A stretch of DNA of 64,000 nucleotides, from contig JBEKYR010000012.1 of NCBI GenBank assembly GCA_049510745.1, forward strand, positions 32,001 through 96,000. Direction: 5' to 3'. Source of the DNA: Verrucomicrobiota bacterium. GTDB taxonomy: Bacteria; Verrucomicrobiota; Verrucomicrobiia; Limisphaerales; Palsa-1400. The position numbers and the translations under genes are program-made. Positions 1-9,192 of this stretch are shown here, one piece after another. Position 1 is the stretch's first letter. Each line of letters opens with the position of its first letter. The notes under the pieces are model-generated. The model saw only the letters and a program-made list of their open reading frames with translations, made no database searches and had not been told where the DNA came from.

Positions 1-31
1 TGTGAAGGGGTCATTATCGCGCCATTCTTGG

Positions 32-1402
32 ATGAAAACCGCCTTGCTGATCGACGAGGACCGGGTCATGCGTCACTCGCTGGCTCAGTGGTTGCGCCAG
101 GCGGGATGGAACGTCCTCGAAGCCGATGAGGGGGCCACGGGCCTGTCCCTGGCCCTGGAACAAAAGCCCGCCCTCATCCTGTGCGATTTGCTGGCGCCGC
201 TTTACACCGGATTTCAGCTCTGCCGCTTTCTCCGCACCAAACCCGAAAAGCTCCCCGGCACCAGAATCGTCGTCACCGCCAGCAGCGGGTACGGCGTGGA
301 CCGGGAGACGGCCTTCCAGGCGGGCGCCGATGACTGCATGGTCAAACCGATTCTGCAATCCGACCTGCTCCGCCTGCTCAAAACGCTCGAAAGCGCGCCC
401 GGCGAAACACAATCGACCGCCCGCCCCGCCCAGGCGGAGCGCGGCGCGGGGGATTTTTCGCCGTTGCCGCTCGAAGCGGCGCCCGAGGGCCAGGCGCTGG
501 TGCGATTCTGGGGTGTGCGCGGCTCCATCGCCACGCCGGGCGCCTCGACCCTGCATTATGGCGGCAACACGGCCTGCGTGGAGGTCCGGGCCGACGGCCA
601 GTTGGTTGTGTTGGACGCCGGCACGGGGATTCGGCCGCTGGGCTTGCGCCTGGCGGGGGAATTCAAGGACGTGCCGCTGTGCTTGACGCTGCTGATCAGT
701 CACACCCATTGGGACCACATCCAGGGCCTGCCGTTCTTCGGCGCGGCTTACAATCCAAGAAACCGGCTGCAGATTCTGGGCTACGAGGGCGCGCGGGCGG
801 GGTTGCAGGCCGCCTTGTCCAGCCAGATGGAAAGCCCCTATTTTCCGGTCGGCTGGCAGCAATTGCCCGGCAACATCGTCCTGCAAGAACTCAAGCAGCC
901 GCAATTCTACATCGGTCCCATCCGCGTGGATACCATGTACCTCAATCATCCGGGCGTCTGTGTCGGTTACCGTCTCAACACCAGCGCGGGGTCCGTCGCC
1001 TACCTGCCGGACAACGAACCGTTTCAGCGTTACAAGTATCACGCCGACCCGAAGGCCCAGCACGGTTCGACGGAAATCCTGCAATTCGCGCGGCGCATGG
1101 ACCAAAAGCTGGGCGATTTCATCCACGGCGCCGATGTCCTCATCATCGACGCGCAATACGATTTGGAGGAATACCAAACGCGCGTCGGCTGGGGCCACGG
1201 CTGCGTCGATGACGTGGTGGCGCTGGCCTTGAACGCCAACGTCAAACGCCTCTATCTCTTTCACCACGATCCGAGCCACGACGACGCCAAAATTTCCAGC
1301 ATGGTGGAGTGGGCGCGGCAATTTGTGGCCGCCTTGGGCGAAAAGCTGACGGTGGAAGCCGCCCGCGAAGGACAGGAATGCGTTTTGAAGGCGGCCCGGT
1401 AA
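32..1402 (+). CDS. Response-regulator receiver domain fused to an MBL-fold metallo-hydrolase
   Basis: N-terminal REC motifs (LLIDED, LCDLLAP, VKP). C-terminal WGVRGS...GGNTACV, LDAGTG, SHTHWDHIQG (HxHxDH) and FHHDP. ATG at 32 preferred; the frame is open from 2. Confidence 0.85.
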   Translation: MKTALLIDEDRVMRHSLAQWLRQAGWNVLEADEGATGLSLALEQKPALILCDLLAPLYTGFQLCRFLRTKPEKLPGTRIVVTASSGYGVDRETAFQAGADDCMVKPILQSDLLRLLKTLESAPGETQSTARPAQAERGAGDFSPLPLEAAPEGQALVRFWGVRGSIATPGASTLHYGGNTACVEVRADGQLVVLDAGTGIRPLGLRLAGEFKDVPLCLTLLISHTHWDHIQGLPFFGAAYNPRNRLQILGYEGARAGLQAALSSQMESPYFPVGWQQLPGNIVLQELKQPQFYIGPIRVDTMYLNHPGVCVGYRLNTSAGSVAYLPDNEPFQRYKYHADPKAQHGSTEILQFARRMDQKLGDFIHGADVLIIDAQYDLEEYQTRVGWGHGCVDDVVALALNANVKRLYLFHHDPSHDDAKISSMVEWARQFVAALGEKLTVEAAREGQECVLKAAR

Positions 1403-1414
1403 CGGGCCGTTTTT
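1391..1414 (+). terminator. Intrinsic terminator overlapping the stop codon
   Basis: GCGGCCCG-GTAA-CGGGCCGT hairpin followed by a T run. Confidence 0.6.
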
Positions 1415-1747
1415 AGGGCTTCCGGGACATTGGCGGATTTCGCGTGGTTCGGGTATTTCGCGGTTGACCCGGTTTGCCCGCTGCTGCGCTCGTCAGAAAA
1501 GGACAATCAAATACGACGATGCCATTAACCAAGCCCTTTATCCTTCACGGTTAGCATATCTGGACGCGGTGTGAAACGAAGCGGCTGCCCTGGCCTCCAA
1601 GGGTTGCTTGAAGATGAACTGTGGCCGGATGAAATTGAAGGAAGGACAGTCAAATACGTCGCCCCTGCGCTGTTCTGCGGACCTTTGAGATAATGCGTTG
1701 GAGCTTGACTTTGGGGGCTGGCAGCGACATTGTCACAGTACAAGTTT

Positions 1748-2044
1748 ATGCGTACACTCCAAGAACATATTGATGATCTCGACCGTATGGTTGATGGCGG
1801 CGCTGAGAAACCAAAAGTGCGAAGCCAGATTGCCTTCATTGGGCGCGAGGTAGCCGCGCTTGAGGCAGATTATGCTCGTCTTGCAGAGGCGCATTCGAAG
1901 CTCCAAGCAACCCATTCTGAACTTGAGGCACAGCACACGGCACTCAAGGACGGGAAGCGCAAGGCCGGTTGGGATGCCCTTCAGAAGCAGGCGGATGATT
2001 ATGAGCGAATTGTCCGTAGCAAGGACTTGGACTATGGTGCGTAA
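1748..2044 (+). CDS. Hypothetical coiled-coil protein in an AT-richer patch
   Basis: 98-aa ORF with heptad-like segment (LEADYARLAEAHSKLQATHSELEAQHTALK); no family recognised. Confidence 0.55.
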   Translation: MRTLQEHIDDLDRMVDGGAEKPKVRSQIAFIGREVAALEADYARLAEAHSKLQATHSELEAQHTALKDGKRKAGWDALQKQADDYERIVRSKDLDYGA

Positions 2045-2074
2045 TAATTATTAGGACTGCTGGAGGACTTCAGC

Positions 2075-2524
2075 ATGAGCGCAATAACACTACAACCGTC
2101 GAACAAGACAGTGGGAGGCTGGCTAATCGCGCTCATTCTCTGGTTCGGCTTTTGGATACCTGCCGGTGTTCAAGGGGATACGGCGACCATTAAGATGTTT
2201 TTTGCTCCTGTTGTCAACCAGTCTCCAAGGTTGCGCACAGTGTCCAGCATATGCAGTTTGCTGTTATGGCTTACTGCAATTGTCAGCGTTTGTTCCGCGT
2301 ACGTTTTGGCTTTCAGGAAGCCAGCAGCCGTCATTATTGCGAAACGCGGCTTGATTGTAATAACGGTTGCGCGGTTGTGCTTAATGGTAGGCGTTCTACT
2401 ATTGGCGCAGCCTGCTTTACGGGACATTCCATTTGGTGTTTTGGCTAGTCCGCTGATCTGGCTGGCAATCTGGTACACTTATCTGGTTCGTTCCAAAAGA
2501 GTAAAGGAAACATATGTGCTTTAA
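2075..2524 (+). CDS. DUF2569-like membrane protein
   Basis: GGAGGA RBS; N-terminal GGWL, four hydrophobic segments, C-terminal WYTYLVRSKRVKETY typical of DUF2569. Confidence 0.7.
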   Translation: MSAITLQPSNKTVGGWLIALILWFGFWIPAGVQGDTATIKMFFAPVVNQSPRLRTVSSICSLLLWLTAIVSVCSAYVLAFRKPAAVIIAKRGLIVITVARLCLMVGVLLLAQPALRDIPFGVLASPLIWLAIWYTYLVRSKRVKETYVL

Positions 2525-2613
2525 GACCGCCCTGGAGCCAACGCCGATTGGGCCTTGCGTTCAGTTTTTGGGGCGTTGCGTTTTGTCGCGGTGTGGCTCA
2601 ACTGTGGTTTATA
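2519..2613 (+). other. Degenerate integron attC-like site
   Basis: Begins at the upstream stop. CTGGAGCCAACGC...GCGGTGTGGCTCAAC imperfect palindrome, GTT at 2607, next ATG 20 nt later. The AAC core is decayed to AAG. Confidence 0.45.
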
Positions 2614-2626
2614 ACTCTTTGCCACC

Positions 2627-3223
2627 ATGCCACAAACTTTAAGTACAGTGAAGCAGGATGAATTCCTTGAAGACATTGTCCAAACGACGCTGGACAATTT
2701 CAGCATGGCTTGGCATTTGGTTTCTTTGCTCATTGCCTATAAGAGAGCGAATCTTCCGCTCCCGGCCGCGACAATCTATTTACAGGGTCAAGGGCCTCCG
2801 GCCCATATACCCGGTACGAATTGCGGGTTCTTTGCTATACCCGTTATTCATATGGCGATTTTTGATTGCCGACGCTCTTTGGAGTTTTTCGGTTTGACAT
2901 GCAATCACGACACGAATCGGCTAACGGCGATCAGACGCCGTCGCTCCGATGACCTTGGGATTGAACATTTCGCATTAGCTCGGGTGACTCCCTCGCAGTT
3001 CGTTGAGGCAACGTCCACGGTGATTTGTGGTCAAGTTGAGCCGATTGTTGTGGACGTTCACAAATATGGCAACAAGCGCCTTGCACATTCCACGATGTCA
3101 GAATCCACCGTCATGCTTCCGGCCATTCGTGACATGTCAATTGTCCTGATTGAAGCCCACATGCGACTCCTCTTCGAGGCACTCGGACGGCCACGGCCAA
3201 GTATCAACCCATCTCCGATTTAA
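2627..3223 (+). CDS. Hypothetical protein (cassette-like ORF)
   Basis: 198-aa ORF with atypical AT-richer codon use directly after the attC-like site. Confidence 0.6.
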   Translation: MPQTLSTVKQDEFLEDIVQTTLDNFSMAWHLVSLLIAYKRANLPLPAATIYLQGQGPPAHIPGTNCGFFAIPVIHMAIFDCRRSLEFFGLTCNHDTNRLTAIRRRRSDDLGIEHFALARVTPSQFVEATSTVICGQVEPIVVDVHKYGNKRLAHSTMSESTVMLPAIRDMSIVLIEAHMRLLFEALGRPRPSINPSPI

Positions 3224-3289
3224 AACACACAATCCAAAATGAGGGGTCAAGCCCGGAATTCGCGGTACGTTTACGGGGTCAAATTTGCG

Positions 3290-3601
3290 TCAGACGCGCT
3301 CATACACGGGAAACAACTCGTCCTTGACGCGGCCAAGAAGCAGCGGATGCAACCGCGAACAAAAATCCACCTTGCGTCCGATGATGGCCGCCAGTTCCTC
3401 GCCATAGCCGAAGTATTGGAAGCCGACGCTTTTCAATACCCCCGGCTCAAATTCCGCCAGCACGTCCACGTCGCTGCGCCGCGGATCGAAATCCGGGTGC
3501 AACACCGAACCGAACAAGCTCAATTTGCGAATACCGCGTTCCCGACAGAAACGCGCGATTTGCTCGCGGTCAATCTGAATGGGCAATTCGGCAACACTCA
3601 T
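3290..3601 (-). CDS. Minimal nucleotidyltransferase (MNT/MntA-type antitoxin)
   Basis: LSLFGSVLHPDF...SDVDVLAEF (GS..DxD) and GRKVDF; 103 aa from the ATG at 3601. Confidence 0.85.
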   Translation of the reverse strand: MSVAELPIQIDREQIARFCRERGIRKLSLFGSVLHPDFDPRRSDVDVLAEFEPGVLKSVGFQYFGYGEELAAIIGRKVDFCSRLHPLLLGRVKDELFPVYERV

Positions 3602-3687
3602 GCGGACACGGTCGCTGAAATAAGAGAATTTGGCAACTGCTGAACCGGTTCCCTGATCCTCGCGGAACGAAAGGACGGCTGCGGATC

Positions 3688-3826
3688 GGGGAGCACACGC
3701 GCCCTCGCGTGTCGCCATTGGCGCCCTCGCCGATGGCATCAGCAAATTCCATAGGAAGTGTATAAGATTCAAAGATGTGGCCGGCGAGGGCGCCAGCCAC
3801 GACACGCGAGGGCGCGTGTACTCCCC
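3688..3826. repeat. Inverted pair of ~45-bp REP-like units (3688-3732, 3782-3826)
   Basis: GGGGAGCACACGCGCCCTCGCGTGTCG..TGGCGCCCTCGCCG and its near-exact reverse complement, about 49 bp apart. Confidence 0.85.
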
Positions 3827-3867
3827 TGCATGTTTCGCGCCCGTCTTAGCCGAGGATTTGGGCGGTT

Positions 3868-4803
3868 TTAGAGCGAGGCGAAGATCTTCTCCAGGAAAAT
3901 GCGGTTGGCGCGCGCCCCGCCGGTCACTTCCTGGAACGTCCGGCCCCCCGCCCCTTCGACGAAGGTCGGGCCGTTGAAACCGGCTTTCTTCAATTCCTTA
4001 TACACGGCGGAAAAATCGACCTTGCCCGTCCCGAATTGGATCATCACGTCGCCCTTGGGCTGCGCGCAATCCTTGGCGCAAAAGCCGGTCACGTGCCCGG
4101 CGATGGGTTTCAATTCCTCAACCGGGTCTTTGCCGGTGTAATAGATGATGTTGCCGGCGTCGTACCAGATTTTAAAATTGGGCCGGTTGACTTCCTTGAG
4201 GCAGCGCAGGATTTCCCCGGACGCCCCGCTGCCGCCCCCGTGGGGCTTGAGCACCAGCTTGATTTTCCGTTCCTGCGCGTAATCGGCGGCATCGGCCATC
4301 GTCCGGTAAAATTTCCCGTAGTCCTCCTCGTGATCGGCGCCGAAGGTCAGCAGCCATTGCAGGTTCAGGAACCGGGCGTGCTCGATTTGCCGCCGCACCT
4401 GCCGGATGGCGTCCGGCAGCGACAGGGCAAAGTCAATGCGCAGCGCCCCCATCGTCGCCGTCAAACCGGCGGCGGCGACGCGCCTCTTGAGGTCCGCCAG
4501 ATAAGTGTCGGTCGCGTCGGCGGCGATGAACGGTTCTTCGGGCATGCTGGTCAACAAGCCCGCCACCGCGTAGCCGGCTTCCCGCATGCCTTTGAGCGCG
4601 GCGTCAAACCCCCAATTCGCCGGTTGCGGAGTCGTGACCGGCTGCGGTTGGTGGCCGAACTTCTGCATCCAGGGCCGGTTGAAACATCCAATGGGCCAGG
4701 AAACCCCCGCCGCGGAAGCGTCCAGCAGACTTATCGTGGCGGTGGCGGCCGCGGCCGCGGCGGATTTGACAAACGTTCGACGGGACAAATTGGATGCATT
4801 CAT
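3868..4803 (-). CDS. Tat-exported sugar-phosphate isomerase/epimerase (xylose-isomerase-like TIM barrel)
   Basis: SRRTFVK twin-arginine signal; WYDAGN, CAKD, GTGKVDF, GFNGPTFVE. Confidence 0.8.
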   Translation of the reverse strand: MNASNLSRRTFVKSAAAAAATATISLLDASAAGVSWPIGCFNRPWMQKFGHQPQPVTTPQPANWGFDAALKGMREAGYAVAGLLTSMPEEPFIAADATDTYLADLKRRVAAAGLTATMGALRIDFALSLPDAIRQVRRQIEHARFLNLQWLLTFGADHEEDYGKFYRTMADAADYAQERKIKLVLKPHGGGSGASGEILRCLKEVNRPNFKIWYDAGNIIYYTGKDPVEELKPIAGHVTGFCAKDCAQPKGDVMIQFGTGKVDFSAVYKELKKAGFNGPTFVEGAGGRTFQEVTGGARANRIFLEKIFASL

Positions 4804-5050
4804 CTTTCAGGCGCGCCATAGTGCCAAAGCGCGGGACAAAGGCCACATTATTCGAATACTTCTATAATTGACAACACGGTATCTCCTCCAGGCGGGAAGA
4901 TTGGCATGGCGGATGCTCACTTTGAAGCATGGACACGAAACACGCTGAAAAGGGCAGGAATTGGATGGATTGGGGCAGAGAACGTCTGGATTTGGGACGT
5001 TGCCCGAAGACGCGAGGCTGGGCGGCCACTGGCACTCAGGGGAGGTCACT

Positions 5051-5713
5051 ATGAGTTACTCCATCGTCATGAGCTCCATCGCCGGGGTGCTGCAATTCAT
5101 CGTGGCGGGTTATGCCCTCCGTCTGAACCGGCTCTTTGGGACGGCCCGCGTGGGCTGGTCGCTCTTCTGCGCCTTCGCGCTGCTGGCGCTGCTCCATCTG
5201 TTTCAAGCCGTCCATTTGCCCGGTGGCGGAGAGCAATTCCCCCTTGGGATTGAGGTCATCTACTCGCTCATTTCTTTTCTGTTGCTGACCGGCATGCTGC
5301 ACATGGAAGCCTTGCTCAAAGAGCGGCTGCGGCTGGAGCGGGTCGAAAAGGAAGTGCGCTCGGAACTGGAATCCATGGTCAAACAGAAGACGGCGCACCT
5401 GACCAGGGCGATTGAGGAATTGATGCGCGAGATGGATGAACGCGGACGCGTCGAGGCCGAAGTCGCGCAAACGCACGAAAGACTTCTCGCCGCCTTGCGT
5501 CAAGCCACGATGGCGGAGGTCGCCACGAGCGAGTCGCAAAACGCGGGCCTCACGCTGGCCGGCGCTGAAATGCCCGCCCGTCTGGTTTCCGACCAGGTGA
5601 AGCCATCCAAAATCGCGACTGCCGTCCCATCGTCTTCCCCTGCCGTCCAGGCGCAACGAAAGCGCCCCTCTTGTTGTTCCGCGCCCTGGCATCGCGCCGG
5701 ATTGACGTGTTGA
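5051..5713 (+). CDS. Membrane protein resembling a truncated, degenerate sensor histidine kinase
   Basis: GGAGG RBS; three TM helices, a coiled coil, then RQATMAEVATSESQNAG (H-box-like, His absent); no HATPase domain. Confidence 0.55.
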   Translation: MSYSIVMSSIAGVLQFIVAGYALRLNRLFGTARVGWSLFCAFALLALLHLFQAVHLPGGGEQFPLGIEVIYSLISFLLLTGMLHMEALLKERLRLERVEKEVRSELESMVKQKTAHLTRAIEELMREMDERGRVEAEVAQTHERLLAALRQATMAEVATSESQNAGLTLAGAEMPARLVSDQVKPSKIATAVPSSSPAVQAQRKRPSCCSAPWHRAGLTC

Positions 5714-5738
5714 AGGAACAAGGGCGGTTGGTTAATCC

Positions 5739-5960
5739 TCATTTGCCCTCAAACGCCTGGAATACGTCTTCCGACAACGGAGCGTTGAAGTCATCCGGCA
5801 CGATGAACTGGCCCTTTGCCAAACCAATCGGGCGCGGCTGGGAAGGCGGCGGCGGATTCAGAATGGTGAGCAGGCCGGATGCTTTCTCCGGCAGGGCCTC
5901 GGCGCCTTTCGGTAAAACGCGCCCGTGGTCGATTTCGACTTCCAGTGTCCGATAGCTCAT
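5739..5960 (-). CDS. Type II TA antitoxin (VapB/DUF2281-like), orphan
   Basis: C-terminal RPIGLAKGQFIVPDDFNAPLSEDVFQAFEG, typical of antitoxins of PIN toxins. Confidence 0.75.
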   Translation of the reverse strand: MSYRTLEVEIDHGRVLPKGAEALPEKASGLLTILNPPPPSQPRPIGLAKGQFIVPDDFNAPLSEDVFQAFEGK

Positions 5961-6156
5961 GGCATGAAGTTACACTTGGACTCGCATGGCTGCAAGATCG
6001 CTTCTGGGCCGTTGGCGCCCGGCTTCAACGGTTATGCGCCCACACTGACTCCCCCGGCGCCGGAGGGCCGCTTTGCGATTGCCGTTGTTTTGCCTTTTGA
6101 CTTTTTGCCTCTCCGGGGCAACGCTCAGTCAGGACATCGGAATAATTGACAACGTC

Positions 6157-6792
6157 ATGAAGATCGAAACCCGCTCCGAATACACGCGCGGTGCATTGGA
6201 CCGGGCCAGCCTCAAGCCCAGCCCGCTGGACCAGTTTGCCCTTTGGTTTCAGCAGGCGATGGACGCCAACATCGTTGAGCCAAACGCCATGAGCCTGGCC
6301 ACAACGGGGGCCGATCAGCGGCCCCTGGCACGCACGGTCCTGCTGAAAATCTACGATGAGCGCGGTTTCGTCTTTTTCACCAATCTCGAAAGCCGCAAGG
6401 CCCGCCAGATCGCGGAGAACCCCAACGTTTCCCTGCTTTTTCCCTGGCTGGCTCTGGAACGCCAGGTCATCGTCTGCGGCTCGGCGGAGAAGGTCTCCAC
6501 CGCCGAAACGCTGGCCTATTTCATCACCCGCCCGCGCGGCAGCCAACTGGGCGCCTGGGTCTCGGCGCAAAGCTCGGTCATCACGACCCGTTCGCTGCTG
6601 GAGCAGAAATGGGAGGAAATGAAGCGCAAATTCGGCGAGGGCGAGGTGCCCCTTCCCTCCTTTTGGGGCGGCTACCGCGTCGTCCCCCGCGAAATCGAGT
6701 TCTGGCAAGGCCGTCCCAGCCGCTTGCACGACCGCTTTCTTTACACCCGCCAACCCGACGGCTCCTGGACCATCGACCGCCTGGCCCCGTGA
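6157..6792 (+). CDS. pdxH: Pyridoxamine 5'-phosphate oxidase
   Basis: [48 protein letters not shown]. Confidence 0.95.
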   Translation: MKIETRSEYTRGALDRASLKPSPLDQFALWFQQAMDANIVEPNAMSLATTGADQRPLARTVLLKIYDERGFVFFTNLESRKARQIAENPNVSLLFPWLALERQVIVCGSAEKVSTAETLAYFITRPRGSQLGAWVSAQSSVITTRSLLEQKWEEMKRKFGEGEVPLPSFWGGYRVVPREIEFWQGRPSRLHDRFLYTRQPDGSWTIDRLAP

Positions 6793-6990
6793 GCGGGCTG
6801 TCTGTGATTCCTAATCCGTTATGAAAGAAACGGATGGGACGGAAGGGACAAAAAGGACGAAAGGGACATCGTACGCAACACAAGCCTCCACGACAACTTA
6901 CGGATTGTGTGTCTTGAGAGGCTGGAAGCCGCTCGGAATTTGGATGGGTAAAACCTGTCGTTTTAGCCAAGGTCCTGCTTAATCTGGGGT

Positions 6991-8016
6991 ATGAAGTTGG
7001 TCCACTGTGCTTGTCTTGCGCTCGTTTTGGCGCTGCTGGGCGGCTCCTGCGTTTCGACGCGGACTGACGTGGCGGCGCCGGGCCGTTACGAGTTTCAACA
7101 GCCGGAAATGGGTGTGCCGTTCCGCATCGTCCTGTATGCGCCGTCGGAGAACGCGGCCCAGGGAGCGGCGGCGGCGGCTTTTCAGCGGGTCAAACAACTG
7201 AACGACATTATGACGGATTACGATTCGGACAGCGAATTGAGCCGTCTGTCGCAAACTTCCGGGCAGGACAAGGAAGTGGAGGTCAGCCCTGATCTTTGGG
7301 TGGTGCTGGAGCGGGCGCAGCAATTGGCCGAACGCAGCCACGGCGCGTTCGATGTGACCGTCGGGCCTTTGGTGAACCTGTGGCGTTTCGCCCGGCGCCA
7401 GGGCGCGCTGCCCGATCCCGCCCGCCTGGCCCGAGCGCGCCTGGCCGTCGGCCACACCAAAATGCGGCTGGACCCGCTGCGCCACAGCGTCAAACTGCTG
7501 GCACCCGAGATGCGGCTGGACTTGGGCGGGATTGCCAAGGGCTACGCGGTCGATCAAGCGCTCCGGACATTGGGCCGCCGCGGCATCACCAGCGCGCTGG
7601 TTTCCGGCGGCGGCGACCTGGCCGTGAGCGGCCCGCCGCCCGGAAAGGACGGCTGGCGCATCGAATTGCCGCCGCTGGACGCGAGCAACGCGCCGCCCGC
7701 GCGATTTGTGCTGTTGTCGCATGCGGGTCTCTCGACGTCCGGGGATCTTTTTCAACGGCTGGAGAGCGGGGGCAAGCGGTATTCGCACATCGTTGATCCG
7801 CGCACAGGGGTGGGGTTGACCGATCACAGCTTGGTGACGGTGATCGCGCCGGACGATTTCACGGCGGACGGGCTGACGAAAGTGGCGAGCGTGCTGCCGC
7901 CGAAAGAAGCGTTGAAATTCATCCGCCAGACGCCGGGGGCCGCCGTGCGGATCGTGCGCCAACCCGGGGCGAAGGTGGAGGTGTACGAAGCGCGTTTCCG
8001 GCGATATTACGAATAG
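6991..8016 (+). CDS. apbE: FAD:protein FMN transferase (lipoprotein)
   Basis: Lipoprotein-like signal (LLGGSC); AFDVTVGPLV, DLGGIAKGYAVD, STSGD, HIVDPRTG. Confidence 0.92.
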   Translation: MKLVHCACLALVLALLGGSCVSTRTDVAAPGRYEFQQPEMGVPFRIVLYAPSENAAQGAAAAAFQRVKQLNDIMTDYDSDSELSRLSQTSGQDKEVEVSPDLWVVLERAQQLAERSHGAFDVTVGPLVNLWRFARRQGALPDPARLARARLAVGHTKMRLDPLRHSVKLLAPEMRLDLGGIAKGYAVDQALRTLGRRGITSALVSGGGDLAVSGPPPGKDGWRIELPPLDASNAPPARFVLLSHAGLSTSGDLFQRLESGGKRYSHIVDPRTGVGLTDHSLVTVIAPDDFTADGLTKVASVLPPKEALKFIRQTPGAAVRIVRQPGAKVEVYEARFRRYYE

Positions 8017-8164
8017 ATTTTTGAAACAATTTCGCCTCCCGCCGGGTTTTCCAGACAGCCAGACAACGAGAAATGAATGAGGATGTTGTCAATGAAAGTG
8101 GAACTGTTTTGCTTCCGGCCAGGGGCCGGGCGTAAGGTGCGTTCTCGACGGTCGAGCATCGGCC

Positions 8165-8719
8165 ATGACAGACGCCCAACAATTCGAAGCGTTCATGCGA
8201 AAGTACCAAAATATGGTTTTTAGCACCGCCATGCGCTTGGTGGCCCAAACGGCCGAAGCGGAGGACATCTCGCAGGAGGTGTTTCTGCGGGCCTTCGAAC
8301 ACTTCGACGAATTGCGCGAGAACCCGCGCGCGCCGGGCTGGCTCAAAACGGTGGCCGTCAACCTGAGCCTCAATCATCTCTCGCGCTACCGCTCGCGCTG
8401 GAGCTTTTTCTCCGATTTTTTTCATGCCAGCGAATCCGGCGAGACGGCGGAGATCGAGTTTGCCGCGCCGGACAACGTCGAGCAGGACCTGGAGAGGTCG
8501 GAACAGCGCCGGTTGATCGAGCAGGCCCTGCGCCAATTGCCCGCCGCCCAGCGCGTGCCGCTGGCGCTCTTTCATCTGGAGGGCCTGAGATACGAGGAAA
8601 TCGCCGCGCGCCTGGGCGCTTCGCTGGGAAAAGTGAAGACCGATATTTTCCGCGGACGGGAAGCGTTGCGCAAGAGGCTGGAGCCGACGCTGGGCAGAGA
8701 TTGGAGGGGGCAAGCATGA
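8165..8719 (+). CDS. ECF RNA polymerase sigma factor
   Basis: Region 2 (AEDISQEVFLRAF, WLKTVAVN) and region 4 (LRYEEIAARLGASLGKVKTDIFRGR). Confidence 0.92.
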   Translation: MTDAQQFEAFMRKYQNMVFSTAMRLVAQTAEAEDISQEVFLRAFEHFDELRENPRAPGWLKTVAVNLSLNHLSRYRSRWSFFSDFFHASESGETAEIEFAAPDNVEQDLERSEQRRLIEQALRQLPAAQRVPLALFHLEGLRYEEIAARLGASLGKVKTDIFRGREALRKRLEPTLGRDWRGQA

Positions 8720-9192
8720 AACCCGAATTCGACGCGGAGCTGGAGGCGCAAATCGACCGCCACTTGAAAGACCTGCCGGACCTGGCCGCCCCGCCCGGAT
8801 TGGTCGCGCGGACGATGAACGCCCTGGCGCGGCCGGCCCCGGCGCGGTGGCAGGCGCGGCCGTGGCCGGAGTGGCCCGCCGGGTGGCGCGTGGCGTTTTT
8901 AGTTTTGACTTGCGGCGTCCTGGGGACGGTGTTCCTGGGCTGGCGGGCGGCGGCCCCGCAACTGGCGGCCGTCACGCTGCCCCGGCTCTCGCATTGGGCG
9001 GCCGCCGCCGGGTGTGTTTGGAACACCCTGGGCGCGCTGGCGGGGGCGGTCACGCTGGTGGCGCGGCATTTCGGCAACGGCTTCGTGCTGGCCTGCCTGG
9101 TGGCGGGGGCGATGGCCTACGCGGCCTGCATCGGATTCGGCACATTGGTAATCCGCTTCGCATTCGCGCCGGCGGGAAGATATCGCTTATGA
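8716..9192 (+). CDS. Putative membrane anti-sigma factor
   Basis: ATGA overlap with the sigma gene; short soluble N-terminus followed by TM helices. Confidence 0.65.
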   Translation: MKPEFDAELEAQIDRHLKDLPDLAAPPGLVARTMNALARPAPARWQARPWPEWPAGWRVAFLVLTCGVLGTVFLGWRAAAPQLAAVTLPRLSHWAAAAGCVWNTLGALAGAVTLVARHFGNGFVLACLVAGAMAYAACIGFGTLVIRFAFAPAGRYRL

